The notes under the pieces are model-generated. The model did no database searches. It was not told the origin of the DNA and saw only the letters and a program-made list of their open reading frames with translations. The position numbers and the translations under genes were made by a program. From a virus, in IMG/VR virus record IMGVR_UViG_3300027749_000060, positions 45,419 through 109,418 of that record: DNA of 64,000 bases. One strand, written 5' to 3'. Shown piece by piece: positions 38,877-47,904 of the stretch. Each line of letters starts with the position of its first letter. Position 1 is the first letter of the stretch.

Positions 38877-39501
38877 TTTTTGCAGTTATAGGGTCGAGCG
38901 CAGCGGCTTCTGTTAACAGACGATCGGCTTCTTTTAAAAGTTGCTCGGCATTGGCTTTCATAGTCTCGGCTTGTTTGATTCGGTCTTTGGCTAAATCGGC
39001 ATCACTTAACACTTGGTCTACTGGTGCTTGAATAGAAGCAGGAATGGATCTACTAGAGCTAGGGACTCCTACTTCTCTTGGTTCTGGTTTACGCTTCTTA
39101 CCAGACATTCCACGATCCGCATCTAACTCAGCAAGACGCTTAATTGCACTTTCGCCTTGTGCCATTTCATTTAAGATTGTATTCATTTCATCTAAACGAA
39201 CAGAGCTAGTGCTATTAGGTGTTAGTATAACTTGATTGGTTGGGATTTTTTTAAGTAATCCGTTTTTATGTAATGCTTCCAGACAATTAGTTCCATCAGA
39301 CATTAGATTTCTAAATAAGACATCTGACAAACTTTCGGCTGCTTGACCCGGCGCACTTTCTAAAACCGACATTACTGTGTCGTGATACATTCTTGGAAGT
39401 AAATCACTATATGCAACTAAGCACATATGATCTTCTCCGGGAAGGGTTCTAAATATTAATACAATTTTTTTGTTGTTATGTTTGCCAATATGTTTATACA
39501 T
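38827..39501 (-). CDS. Hypothetical protein with a C-terminal coiled coil
   Basis: AAGGA SD; long ORF in the operon. Confidence 0.75.
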   Translation of the reverse strand: MYKHIGKHNNKKIVLIFRTLPGEDHMCLVAYSDLLPRMYHDTVMSVLESAPGQAAESLSDVLFRNLMSDGTNCLEALHKNGLLKKIPTNQVILTPNSTSSVRLDEMNTILNEMAQGESAIKRLAELDADRGMSGKKRKPEPREVGVPSSSRSIPASIQAPVDQVLSDADLAKDRIKQAETMKANAEQLLKEADRLLTEAAALDPITAKNVTPTKKKPAVKAKKD

Positions 39502-39512
39502 AATAATTTCCT

Positions 39513-39743
39513 TTAAGTGGTGCTATCGTTTGTTTCGTCATTTTTGGCTGCATTAGCTGCATTAACAAAAGTTGTAATACGATCGTATACTGCGCCCACA
39601 CTTGAAAGTTCGTCCGGTTTCCAGGCGCCTCTTTTTGTTACAGTTTCTATAATCTGTAACATTATGTTTAAGTCGTTTAAACTTAATGTTGGTGTTGTGT
39701 TTGACGGAATCTCGCTAGATTCAGTATTTGAAACTTCAGACAT
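39513..39743 (-). CDS. Hypothetical protein
   Basis: GGAG SD; TAAATA at 39768-39773 upstream. Confidence 0.7.
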   Translation of the reverse strand: MSEVSNTESSEIPSNTTPTLSLNDLNIMLQIIETVTKRGAWKPDELSSVGAVYDRITTFVNAANAAKNDETNDSTT

Positions 39744-39801
39744 AAATTGATTCTCCGATGATACACTTATTTAATAGTAATGGTCATCGGCCAATAAATT
39801 T

Positions 39802-40110
39802 TTATAATTTAAAACTATTAATGTCTGACAGCACCAATGCAAAATACGATGCTTCGCTATGTATCTCAAATCCGGCACGTTTACGCATAGAAAATCCACT
39901 GCTACCTTCAGCAATAGATACCACATCACCAAAATAAAACCTACCTTCAAGATTTTCAAATATCCAATTGACTATCTGACTAGCAGGCCCGGTTAGATCA
40001 AAGTCCACCGCAAAAAAATGTGGCGGGCAATGATCTAATTTACGTAATCCGTGTACGTTTAACGGATTAATCTGGAATGACTGTAGTGATTGTAACGTCA
40101 TTAAAAACAA
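39802..40110 (-). CDS. Hypothetical protein
   Basis: Packed operon position; start uncertain. Confidence 0.6.
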   Translation of the reverse strand: MFLMTLQSLQSFQINPLNVHGLRKLDHCPPHFFAVDFDLTGPASQIVNWIFENLEGRFYFGDVVSIAEGSSGFSMRKRAGFEIHSEASYFALVLSDINSFKL

Positions 40111-40336
40111 TTTCGTTGGCCAGATCTTCTAAATCTAATCGATCTTTAAGATACTCGTTTGCAGTTTCGACAAAACTATTTAATAGATGTGGCTGACTTG
40201 TCATGATTGAAATCTCAGCTGAGCGAGCCAAATCATCCAAGTAACGCTCACAATCTAGTAACTTAATTTGTAAGTCTGTAATTACTTGACGAGCTTGTTT
40301 AAGACGTTTTACAGAGTCTGGATTTACAATTTTCAT
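40067..40336 (-). CDS. Hypothetical protein
   Basis: ATGA overlap with the VWA gene. Confidence 0.6.
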   Translation of the reverse strand: MKIVNPDSVKRLKQARQVITDLQIKLLDCERYLDDLARSAEISIMTSQPHLLNSFVETANEYLKDRLDLEDLANEIVFNDVTITTVIPD

Positions 40337-41592
40337 TTGACTGCATCCTCGTAGTGAGCCCAGATACCAAACGGTGGTTGAGCAGATTCATTACCTTTAA
40401 TAATCCAAACGGTGTCGCAGTAGTTGGCATCACCCCAAGACCCATTTGGGTAACCGTCAGTGAACACAACCAACTTCTTAGGCTCAATTCCGTTCTCTTT
40501 CATGAATTCAAAATTGGCTTCGAACAAAGTGCCACCGCCGCCTGCTGGCTCGTACTCGGAAATTTGTTTCATGTTGTCTTGTGTGAATTCTTGCATGTTA
40601 TGAACATCAGTATCAAAACACCACACTTTAATTTTGTAGTCGGTATAAGAATCCATAATGCCTTGGATTTCTCCTAAGAATATTTTAAGTTCTTCGTTAC
40701 CAATGCTACCTGAAGTATCAATGGCTACACAGATATCAACAGTTTCTCCATACTTGGTACCTGGCAGGATAGCATCCATATGCCAGCCTCTGCGGTTAAC
40801 TCGCATGAAGCTGTAGTCATCTTTGATTGTACTTTGAATCTGTTGCAACAACAATTCGCGCCAGTCAATAACCGACTCAGTCATATCTTTAATTAGACGC
40901 TTGACACCATCGGGCAAATCATTAGAACCAGCGGCCTGTGCAGCCTGCAATACTGCTTCTTTGATTTCGTCACGCAAGGCTTTACGTTCGTCTTTGCTCA
41001 GTTTAGGCCGACCGTTGCCATCGCCGTCTTGATCACCATCACCATTGCCATCACTGTCATCTTCGTCTAGATGCTCGTCTAGCATTTGATCAATCAATTT
41101 TTTAATGTCAATCTTTTTAGCATTCTTATACAAGTCGTCGTAGACTTCTTCGTAGCTCATGCCGCGATACTTACGATCTAGTAGAATTGGAACAGTGGTA
41201 ATCTTCTGACCAATATTGTGATCTACTAGATCTTGATTAACGCAATAGTCGGCAGCAATGTTACTAAGCACCGGGTCACGATTTTCACGACGTCCTAAAT
41301 GATCATATACCACATGCAACACTTCATGCCCAAACAAGAACTCGCATTCTTTTAAACTTAGACGATTAATGAATTCGCTATTGTACCAAAAATTACGTCC
41401 GTCGGTAGCGGCAGTAGAGCACCAGCTATCGCCGTTAATTAGTTTTAACCGAGTTGCCAAGTTACCAAAAAACCCAGCTCGCAATAACAAACCTACACGA
41501 GCTGTAATAAGTTTTTCGCGGGCAATTGCATCAATTTTAGGATTGGTAACTGTAACGACTTTTTGTTTTTCTGCTAGGGTAGTGTCAGACAT
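40333..41592 (-). CDS. HEXXH metallopeptidase-like + VWA domain protein (DUF2201-type), MoxR partner
   Basis: TAATDG, HEVLH, AADYCVN; MIDAS DTSGS, GGGT.F, VFTDGY. Confidence 0.88.
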   Translation of the reverse strand: MSDTTLAEKQKVVTVTNPKIDAIAREKLITARVGLLLRAGFFGNLATRLKLINGDSWCSTAATDGRNFWYNSEFINRLSLKECEFLFGHEVLHVVYDHLGRRENRDPVLSNIAADYCVNQDLVDHNIGQKITTVPILLDRKYRGMSYEEVYDDLYKNAKKIDIKKLIDQMLDEHLDEDDSDGNGDGDQDGDGNGRPKLSKDERKALRDEIKEAVLQAAQAAGSNDLPDGVKRLIKDMTESVIDWRELLLQQIQSTIKDDYSFMRVNRRGWHMDAILPGTKYGETVDICVAIDTSGSIGNEELKIFLGEIQGIMDSYTDYKIKVWCFDTDVHNMQEFTQDNMKQISEYEPAGGGGTLFEANFEFMKENGIEPKKLVVFTDGYPNGSWGDANYCDTVWIIKGNESAQPPFGIWAHYEDAVK

Positions 41593-41614
41593 AATATATC
41601 CTGGTTAAAATTGT

Positions 41615-41643
41615 ATTATACATTATTCTTATCCGTTTGTCAA
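41615..41643 (-). promoter_or_regulatory. Consensus sigma70 promoter
   Basis: TTGACA-17 nt-TATAAT, exact. Confidence 0.9.
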
Positions 41644-41645
41644 GA

Positions 41646-41673
41646 TAAAAAAGAGGCTTGCGCCCCTTTTTTA
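41646..41673 (-). terminator. Intrinsic terminator, possibly bidirectional
   Basis: GGGGC-GCAA-GCCTC hairpin flanked by A6 and U6, immediately after the MoxR stop. Confidence 0.85.
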
Positions 41674-42771
41674 TTTAACTGCGGCAACCACGTACTTACC
41701 AAAACGCTTATGGAACTCGTCAAAGTTCTTGATCTTGCCAGGCACAAACGGAATGCCGTATGTGGTAATAGCAATACGCGATGCCATAACTACCAATTCA
41801 GTAGTGAAATTATCCATGATGAAGCGGAAGAAATTATCCGTCATCTTAGTCCACTCTTCTGACTTTGGACCCAGTTTATCAAAAGAATCTTTGAGTTCAT
41901 AGCATAAGCTGATAGTCAAAGAGTACATGGCACTGATCTCTTTAATTTTCAGTTCAGTGATACGACCTTTCAACACTTCAACTGGGTCGGGCATCTGACC
42001 TGCTACTTTACGATGAGCCATAAACTTAACTGCAAGCCCTTCGCCTACTGCACCAGAGATCAAGTCAACAGTGCCAGAGTCCATACCATCATCGTCGTCT
42101 AGCAGTTCGCTAACAAAGACCCACGAACGTGGTGTAGCAAAGGACCGTGTACTAGAGCGTGGGTCAAAGTCAAACAAGTCTTGTTTAGCAAAACTCAAGT
42201 AACCGACAACATCTTTATGGATCTTGTTGTTAACTGCCCATGTCTGCCAGGATTCAAAGTCTACTCGTAGTTCCATATGAATGAAACGATTGCTCAATGG
42301 ACTAGGCATACGGAAAGTAACGCCTTTATCGCTTTCGCGATTACCGGCCGCAACCATAACAACATTCTTAGGCAATACATACTTGCCGATACGACGGTTT
42401 AGAATAAGTTGATAAGCCGCCGCCTGCACACTGGGAGCCGCTGAGTTTAGCTCATCAAGGAACAGAACAATAATAGGATACTGACTGGCCATTTCTTCAT
42501 CGGGCAAATCAATAGGAGGAGCCCAATCCATTTTACTTTTTTCTTTGTTGAAGAAAGGAATGCCGCGCAGGTCAGTTGGATCCATCTGGCTTAGACGCAG
42601 ATCAATCATATGCCCGCCCAAGTCTTCAGTAATGCCAGCTACCAGCTCGCTCTTACCAATTCCTGGGGGACCCCAAAAGAACACAGGTCGTTGTTTCTTA
42701 AAACAACGCATGAGACCACGACGTGCCTCAACTGGAGTAACTGTACGTGCATCTGAAATCTGAGTAGCCAT
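41671..42771 (-). CDS. MoxR-like AAA+ ATPase
   Basis: Walker A GPPGIGKS, Walker B LFLDE, AAGNR, NRF. Confidence 0.9.
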   Translation of the reverse strand: MATQISDARTVTPVEARRGLMRCFKKQRPVFFWGPPGIGKSELVAGITEDLGGHMIDLRLSQMDPTDLRGIPFFNKEKSKMDWAPPIDLPDEEMASQYPIIVLFLDELNSAAPSVQAAAYQLILNRRIGKYVLPKNVVMVAAGNRESDKGVTFRMPSPLSNRFIHMELRVDFESWQTWAVNNKIHKDVVGYLSFAKQDLFDFDPRSSTRSFATPRSWVFVSELLDDDDGMDSGTVDLISGAVGEGLAVKFMAHRKVAGQMPDPVEVLKGRITELKIKEISAMYSLTISLCYELKDSFDKLGPKSEEWTKMTDNFFRFIMDNFTTELVVMASRIAITTYGIPFVPGKIKNFDEFHKRFGKYVVAAVK

Positions 42772-42809
42772 GATAACCTTTCAAGTTAAATAAAAATGTA
42801 TTATAGCAT

Positions 42810-42848
42810 ACAATCAATAACCCGCACAATTGTATGGGTATTGATTGT
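42810..42848. repeat. Imperfect inverted repeat upstream of the MoxR -10 box
   Basis: ACAATCAATA(A)CCC...GGGTATTGATTGT; TGcTATAAT on the minus strand with its hexamer at 42800-42805. Confidence 0.75.
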
Positions 42849-42867
42849 GGTATTTTTGCAACACCTA

Positions 42868-43161
42868 TTAGGCTACTACAGCCTCATCCAAAACCAGCTC
42901 TAACATGCTGGCAGGAACTTTCCAAAGACCGTTGGTAGTTCGCACTGTGACGAACTTAATGGCAATTTTTTGAACAGTACCACGTACTAACATTCCGCGC
43001 CTGGAGTCACGAAACTGTACAGTGTCGCCTAAGTCTAGAGCACGGCGATTCTGTTTTGTTAGTTGGGCACGGGCAAACTTAACTGCATCAATAATGCTGG
43101 TCAGCTGATCGTTAGTAAAATCACCAAACATGATAGCGGTATTAATTTGAGTAATGTTCAT
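42868..43161 (-). CDS. Small early hypothetical protein (SH3-like beta-rich C-terminus)
   Basis: GGAG SD; downstream of a strong sigma70 promoter. Confidence 0.75.
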   Translation of the reverse strand: MNITQINTAIMFGDFTNDQLTSIIDAVKFARAQLTKQNRRALDLGDTVQFRDSRRGMLVRGTVQKIAIKFVTVRTTNGLWKVPASMLELVLDEAVVA

Positions 43162-43184
43162 AGTAGACTCCAGTTAGTTAAAGG

Positions 43185-43412
43185 TTAAACAGTTTCAATT
43201 TCAAGTTTAGTAACACGCATTGCCTTGAGATTTTGATGAGTGGCACACAGGCGAACTGAATAATCATGTCCGGCAATCTGACCAACTAAGATATCAATCC
43301 AAGGAACAACTTGGTTGGCAGCGTTGAGGTTCAACGAAATGTTAGTGATAACACCTTCGAGAACGCCTGCACTAGAAGACCAAGTAACTGTATCGTTGAC
43401 GTTAAGATTCAT
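43185..43412 (-). CDS. Small early hypothetical protein
   Basis: GGAG SD. Confidence 0.7.
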   Translation of the reverse strand: MNLNVNDTVTWSSSAGVLEGVITNISLNLNAANQVVPWIDILVGQIAGHDYSVRLCATHQNLKAMRVTKLEIETV

Positions 43413-43435
43413 AATTAACTCCGTTCAGTTAAGGG

Positions 43436-43546
43436 TTAAACCAAAGTAGAAAGTTCAGGAAATACATTGGCCAGTAGCTCTGCAATAACATTCATACCCA
43501 TGAACTTTGCTGTTATTACTAAAACTGCTGTTACTGCTATTTCCAT
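43436..43546 (-). CDS. 36-aa hydrophobic peptide
   Basis: Not in the ORF track: MEIAVTAVLVITAKFMGMNVIAELLANVFPELSTLV; AGGA SD; first ORF after the promoter. Confidence 0.55.
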   Translation of the reverse strand: MEIAVTAVLVITAKFMGMNVIAELLANVFPELSTLV

Positions 43547-43577
43547 CTCTATCCTGTTTGTTGCTGTCTATGTATGT

Positions 43578-43606
43578 ATTATAGTGCCTTTCGGGCTAGC
43601 AGTCAA
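43578..43606 (-). promoter_or_regulatory. sigma70-like early promoter
   Basis: TTGACT-17 nt-TATAAT with an A-rich UP-like region upstream. Confidence 0.85.
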
Positions 43607-43653
43607 CCGTTTTTTATGGAATTTTTACGGATTTTTTGTTGTTTTTAAACAAC

Positions 43654-43676
43654 AAAGTGGGCCTAAAGCCCACTTT
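43654..43676 (-). terminator. Intrinsic terminator after the small-gene cluster
   Basis: AAAGTGGGC-5 nt-GCCCACTTT hairpin followed by a U-rich run. Confidence 0.75.
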
Positions 43677-43698
43677 TTGCTGGTTTTTTCAGCAGTTT

Positions 43699-43971
43699 TT
43701 ACTTTTTGCTAGTACCTTGGTTTACAAAACCGTACATTTTTTCAGCAGTTTCTAGCACTTTGTCCAGTCCCGGAAAAGTTGGCATTGCTACTGTACTGAC
43801 AATTTGACCTGTCTTCTCGTCACGAGTAGCAGTCAATTCCCATCCTTGGAATTTAGCATGGAAATCGTCTTGTACCAGGCTTTTAGCCATGCCCAAGATA
43901 TCAGTGCGGATTTCATACCCGTTTTTGTTGAATTTAATTTCTGGTGTTTTTGGTAGTTCAAATGTTGACAT
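43699..43971 (-). CDS. Hypothetical protein
   Basis: AAGGAG SD. Confidence 0.75.
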   Translation of the reverse strand: MSTFELPKTPEIKFNKNGYEIRTDILGMAKSLVQDDFHAKFQGWELTATRDEKTGQIVSTVAMPTFPGLDKVLETAEKMYGFVNQGTSKK

Positions 43972-43972
43972 A

Positions 43973-44251
43973 TTATTCTCCTTGTGTGTTAATGTCTGTG
44001 TCGGCTGATTTTTTGACAGTCTTTGCCTTGACTGTTTTTTCCTCCGTTTGAGGATAGAAAACTTTACTCATTGAGTCAACGCTATAAGTGAGCATTTCGA
44101 TTGTGTTGTTGACTATCATTTTACCAAATACTGTTTGAGCATCAATAAAATTATTTGCAACTTTATTCAGTCTATCGTCAGTGTAGACTTTGTTGGTCAT
44201 CATTCTTTTAGATGACTGGAAGAGATCGATGTAAAAATCGGGTGTAAACAT
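43973..44251 (-). CDS. Hypothetical amphipathic helical protein (weakly phasin-like)
   Basis: AAGGA SD and TAAATA at 44279-44284; functional guess from pattern only. Confidence 0.6.
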   Translation of the reverse strand: MFTPDFYIDLFQSSKRMMTNKVYTDDRLNKVANNFIDAQTVFGKMIVNNTIEMLTYSVDSMSKVFYPQTEEKTVKAKTVKKSADTDINTQGE

Positions 44252-44323
44252 AATTGTGTCCTTGTGTGTATGTTAACTTATTTATCTACTTAATGCAATA
44301 GCTAAACAGTTTTTTTTGGTGAA

Positions 44324-44458
44324 TTAAATCCACCCTTTAAAGTCTTCCATCATGAGCCTTTTAGCACCTACATGGTCGCCACGTTGTGCAAGATGAGTAG
44401 CAGCACGGGCCTTGCCCATGTCGCCCAAAAAGTTATAAATTGATTTAAGTAATTTCAT
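44324..44458 (-). CDS. 44-aa hypothetical protein
   Basis: Not in the ORF track: MKLLKSIYNFLGDMGKARAA...FKGWI; ATGA overlap with the upstream ORF. Confidence 0.6.
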   Translation of the reverse strand: MKLLKSIYNFLGDMGKARAATHLAQRGDHVGAKRLMMEDFKGWI

Positions 44459-44631
44459 ATCCAACCCTTTCCTGCGTGATGCATATCAAATTGGCGTGTA
44501 AGACGATCTACATCACATGTATTTTGTGGTGCGTGTCTGACAATGTATTCTTCTAATGCTGATCCGTAAGTTTGTGGCTTTTCAAATGCCTGAAACATCT
44601 TTTGGAAATAACCGGCTAGCTGGTTTAACAT
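44455..44631 (-). CDS. 58-aa hypothetical protein
   Basis: Not in the ORF track: MLNQLAGYFQKMF...LEEYIVRHAPQNTCDVDRLTRQFD...KGWI; AGGAG SD. Confidence 0.65.
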   Translation of the reverse strand: MLNQLAGYFQKMFQAFEKPQTYGSALEEYIVRHAPQNTCDVDRLTRQFDMHHAGKGWI

Positions 44632-44692
44632 ATTTTTCTCCTGTGTGTAATGTTAATAGAAACTCATGGTTTCTACTTACGTATTTACCTTG

Positions 44693-45076
44693 TCAAGAGA
44701 TATTCTGCGTATGATCTAGGTAAGATTGGAGGTTATTGTTATATAGAGTAAGAGCTAAACTAGTAACATCGTCAAACGTGCTAATAGAGGATTCATTCCT
44801 TATTAAATAAGGTTGTGTTAAAAACTTTTCTAATTGTACTAAAGTTTTTGGTAAAATATTGTGTTGGAGATTGTGTGAATAGTGTTGCACACCAAGTGCC
44901 ACAAACTCAGAAAATCCTTCAAAAGTCAATCGCATGCTACGATCATTTGTAGGATTATACCAATACCTTATCCGGAAGTAATTGATCGAGTGCTGCTCTA
45001 CTTGCTCTGGAAATTTTTTTGTTTTTAACTCAACTAATGCTTTAGACCATTCAAGTTGAGTTTTAACAATTGTCAT
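44693..45076 (-). CDS. Hypothetical protein
   Basis: ATGA overlap with the upstream gene. Confidence 0.7.
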   Translation of the reverse strand: MTIVKTQLEWSKALVELKTKKFPEQVEQHSINYFRIRYWYNPTNDRSMRLTFEGFSEFVALGVQHYSHNLQHNILPKTLVQLEKFLTQPYLIRNESSISTFDDVTSLALTLYNNNLQSYLDHTQNIS

Positions 45077-45366
45077 ACAGCTGAATAAACAACAGGCCCT
45101 TGATTTAATAAAACAACGGTAAAACTCTCAGTTTTAAATTGAGTGTTTAATTTTTTGGCTAAACTAATAGCATGCCCTGGATTTGAAAAAGATACTTTTC
45201 TGTACTTTGGGCCAGGATAGCTTACTAATATATTTTGTGTTTTTAAATTTACAGGTTTACCATTGTGATAAACTGCCCAAATTCCATCCGACGCTAGTAC
45301 TTGGTCGCATTTATAGTTTGTTTTATTTAGATTTTCTAAAATTACAACAGGTTTAGGTCTACTCAT
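45073..45366 (-). CDS. Hypothetical protein
   Basis: AGGA SD; TAAATA at 45399-45404. Confidence 0.75.
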   Translation of the reverse strand: MSRPKPVVILENLNKTNYKCDQVLASDGIWAVYHNGKPVNLKTQNILVSYPGPKYRKVSFSNPGHAISLAKKLNTQFKTESFTVVLLNQGPVVYSAV

Positions 45367-45423
45367 AACTAAGTCCTTTGATATATCATCATGTACTTTA
45401 TTTATGCGTAGTTAATTAACTCT

Positions 45424-45888
45424 TTATTGTATTACTTCCAATAATTTAGAATTTGCTTCGCTCTGTGTGATAAATGGACCAAAAAATTTATTTCTGGCTA
45501 ACACAATTTTCTTAGGACAAAACACACTAGACCATTCGCCTTCTATATTAACTAAGTAATACCCTGCACAGTAAAAACTTTTACTTTTTGGTTCTTTAGT
45601 AAACAACGGCAACCTGGACTTTAAATCAAATATGCCATTATAGGGAATACTATCACAAGGAAATTCAAGAACTTGGTTGGTATTCTCTTTTTTTGCTTTC
45701 CCTATCTTGGTAGGTGCAATGTTGTATTTAGAACTTAATATCTTAAATGATGGAAACTTTTCACGTGATGTACCACGTACTAGAACAACACCATCGGGCG
45801 CGGCCTGTATAGTACCTATTTTTTGGCCATTGTTTTCGACAATCCAAAATTTATTTTTAATAACTGTTTTAGCAATCATTGAACTCAT
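45424..45888 (-). CDS. Hypothetical protein
   Basis: AAGGA SD; packed operon. Confidence 0.75.
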   Translation of the reverse strand: MSSMIAKTVIKNKFWIVENNGQKIGTIQAAPDGVVLVRGTSREKFPSFKILSSKYNIAPTKIGKAKKENTNQVLEFPCDSIPYNGIFDLKSRLPLFTKEPKSKSFYCAGYYLVNIEGEWSSVFCPKKIVLARNKFFGPFITQSEANSKLLEVIQ

Positions 45889-45898
45889 AATTAATCCT

Positions 45899-46306
45899 TT
45901 ATTTTGTTTTTTCTGCTATCTCTTTATACCCTGCCCAACTGGGATGAATACCATCTGGTTGTAATCGAGTAATAGGAATAACAGTATCGCCGAAGCCAGA
46001 TGCTACTTCCCGGACTATTGCTTGTATCTCGGGTTTAATAGCAGGCATGATCCAATAGACACGTTTAGCAGATACCAATTGACGTATCCGTGAAATCTCT
46101 TCTCGAGAGTGTACACCTTTGTGATCATTTGATCCTAGACTAATGATTAGCGTTTCGGCTTTGGGTAATGCACCTTGATCTCCATCAAGATATTGCCGGC
46201 GCCATTGCCAACTATTAATTCCGCCTTTGGCAATGGCTACACAATCAGGGCGAAACTGTTTTGTACCAACAGCAATGCTGTCACCTATAATTAGACAATC
46301 AATCAT
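45899..46306 (-). CDS. Minimal SGNH/GDSL hydrolase
   Basis: Blocks IGDSI, LGSND and DGIHP. Confidence 0.85.
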   Translation of the reverse strand: MIDCLIIGDSIAVGTKQFRPDCVAIAKGGINSWQWRRQYLDGDQGALPKAETLIISLGSNDHKGVHSREEISRIRQLVSAKRVYWIMPAIKPEIQAIVREVASGFGDTVIPITRLQPDGIHPSWAGYKEIAEKTK

Positions 46307-47304
46307 ATAACTGGATTGGGATAACTTGATCCTAGCAATTCACCAAAACTAGTAGCATTCTCGCTTAACTTGTTTAATTCAAATTTGCCACAAAATTTTA
46401 AAAACTGTGCGCCAACCATGGGTTTGGATTTTACTACGCTATTGCTAATAATAGTTTCGGCTATCTTCAGTTTAATATTATCGGGTTGGGCAGACAAATC
46501 AACTAGTACACGATTGCGCTCGTAGTCGTCTTTAACTCTGTGCTCTTGACCATTGTGGTCAGACCAACGTTGCAACATGAGATTGTTCCAGGAAAATCCT
46601 TTATGATCTCGGTCGTTGTAGGCTTCTTCCAATCCCACCTTGTTCTTGCTGCCTTTAGTACGCACACCCGGATAGGCACTAAAGACATTATCAGTGGGGT
46701 CGCCACGCATACATTTCTCAAATAGTATCCAGCTGGGGTCGGGGATACGTTTAGGTTCTTTGGTCTTCTTATCAATTACAGGTTTGCCTTTTTTATCAAG
46801 GATGCCATCTAAGGTGTGCAATTCATCTGCAATACCATTATATTGTTTTACGTTAGTAGCCAACAACTGATGAAAATCGGTGTCGCTGCTAACAATAACA
46901 TGATTATCCAGTGGATGACTTTGTATCCACCCTGCAATTAAATCATCTGCTTCTAGCTCGGGATGACGCAAGGTAGTACAGTTAGTGCGATCGGTGAAGA
47001 AATCCTTAAGAGAATCAAGTCCTTCCCAAAACATCTTATCTTCTTCTTGTTCTGCTACAGTAGCAGCGTCTCTGGCTACTGCACGATTAGCTTTATAAGG
47101 AGGATAAAAGTCCTTACGCCATGATCGGCCTTCGTTGCAGATAACCACATGATCGGCACGTTGATCTCTCCAGCATTTATTAATGCTGCTCATAGTTACA
47201 TGTAATCCAAATGCCACTCGTTCTTCTAATGTACTGCCTCTGTGTGCAGCATGACGAGCCCGGAAATAAGTATTTGCTAAATCAATGAGTAGGTATGTAG
47301 TCAT
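46303..47304 (-). CDS. rnh: T4-type RNase H / 5'-3' exonuclease
   Basis: LLID, SWRK..YP.YKANR, EADD, SSDTDF.QL, GDPTDN. Confidence 0.9.
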   Translation of the reverse strand: MTTYLLIDLANTYFRARHAAHRGSTLEERVAFGLHVTMSSINKCWRDQRADHVVICNEGRSWRKDFYPPYKANRAVARDAATVAEQEEDKMFWEGLDSLKDFFTDRTNCTTLRHPELEADDLIAGWIQSHPLDNHVIVSSDTDFHQLLATNVKQYNGIADELHTLDGILDKKGKPVIDKKTKEPKRIPDPSWILFEKCMRGDPTDNVFSAYPGVRTKGSKNKVGLEEAYNDRDHKGFSWNNLMLQRWSDHNGQEHRVKDDYERNRVLVDLSAQPDNIKLKIAETIISNSVVKSKPMVGAQFLKFCGKFELNKLSENATSFGELLGSSYPNPVI

Positions 47305-47310
47305 ACCGCA

Positions 47311-47339
47311 ATGTTAACATAGATTTGTTTAGCTGTCAA
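47311..47339 (-). promoter_or_regulatory. sigma70-like promoter giving a leaderless rnh transcript
   Basis: TTGACA-17 nt-TAACAT; ATG 6 nt downstream; no SD. Confidence 0.7.
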
Positions 47340-47785
47340 CGGTACTCTGATCGATTTGAGTCTAATTTTGTTTTATTTACATAACGTGCATCAGGATCTG
47401 CTTGTTCTTGCTCAAATGCTTCGGTTAATACATTTCGGCAAATTTCTTGGAACCATAAATCAACAATTTGTTGATCGGTCTTTCCTTTGTATCCTGCACG
47501 AACCAACTTGGCCAAGAAAATCTCATTCCAGTCTAGCTCGAATGCACCATTGCCAACATTATCAGGATCAATTTCTACACCAATAACAGATACCCATGGT
47601 TCACCGGCAGCAGTAGCTTTATCTTTTTCTGACGTTACCGATACTGCTACTACAGGCTCTTTAGGCTTGCTTTTACTACGGCGTGCTTTCGGTGCTTTGG
47701 GTTCTTCGGGGACTACAACCGGGTTGGCCTCAACCGGTGGCGGCATAGATTCTTTTTTTCCAAATACTTTATCAAATAGTCCCAT
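47336..47785 (-). CDS. Hypothetical protein
   Basis: Long ORF in the operon; GAFELDWN motif. Confidence 0.7.
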   Translation of the reverse strand: MGLFDKVFGKKESMPPPVEANPVVVPEEPKAPKARRSKSKPKEPVVAVSVTSEKDKATAAGEPWVSVIGVEIDPDNVGNGAFELDWNEIFLAKLVRAGYKGKTDQQIVDLWFQEICRNVLTEAFEQEQADPDARYVNKTKLDSNRSEYR

Positions 47786-47807
47786 GATTTTAAATCTTTC
47801 TTTATAG

Positions 47808-47903
47808 TTATTCTCTATCTACTCTAGCATCTTCGTTGGAACGATAGCACATATATAATACGCCTATAATATAACCAAGCAAGAAACACAAAAAGTAATT
47901 CAT
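47808..47903 (-). CDS. 31-aa single-pass membrane peptide
   Basis: Not in the ORF track: MNYFLCFLLGYIIGVLYMCYRSNEDARVDRE; starts 1 nt after the upstream stop. Confidence 0.5.
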   Translation of the reverse strand: MNYFLCFLLGYIIGVLYMCYRSNEDARVDRE

Positions 47904-47904
47904 G

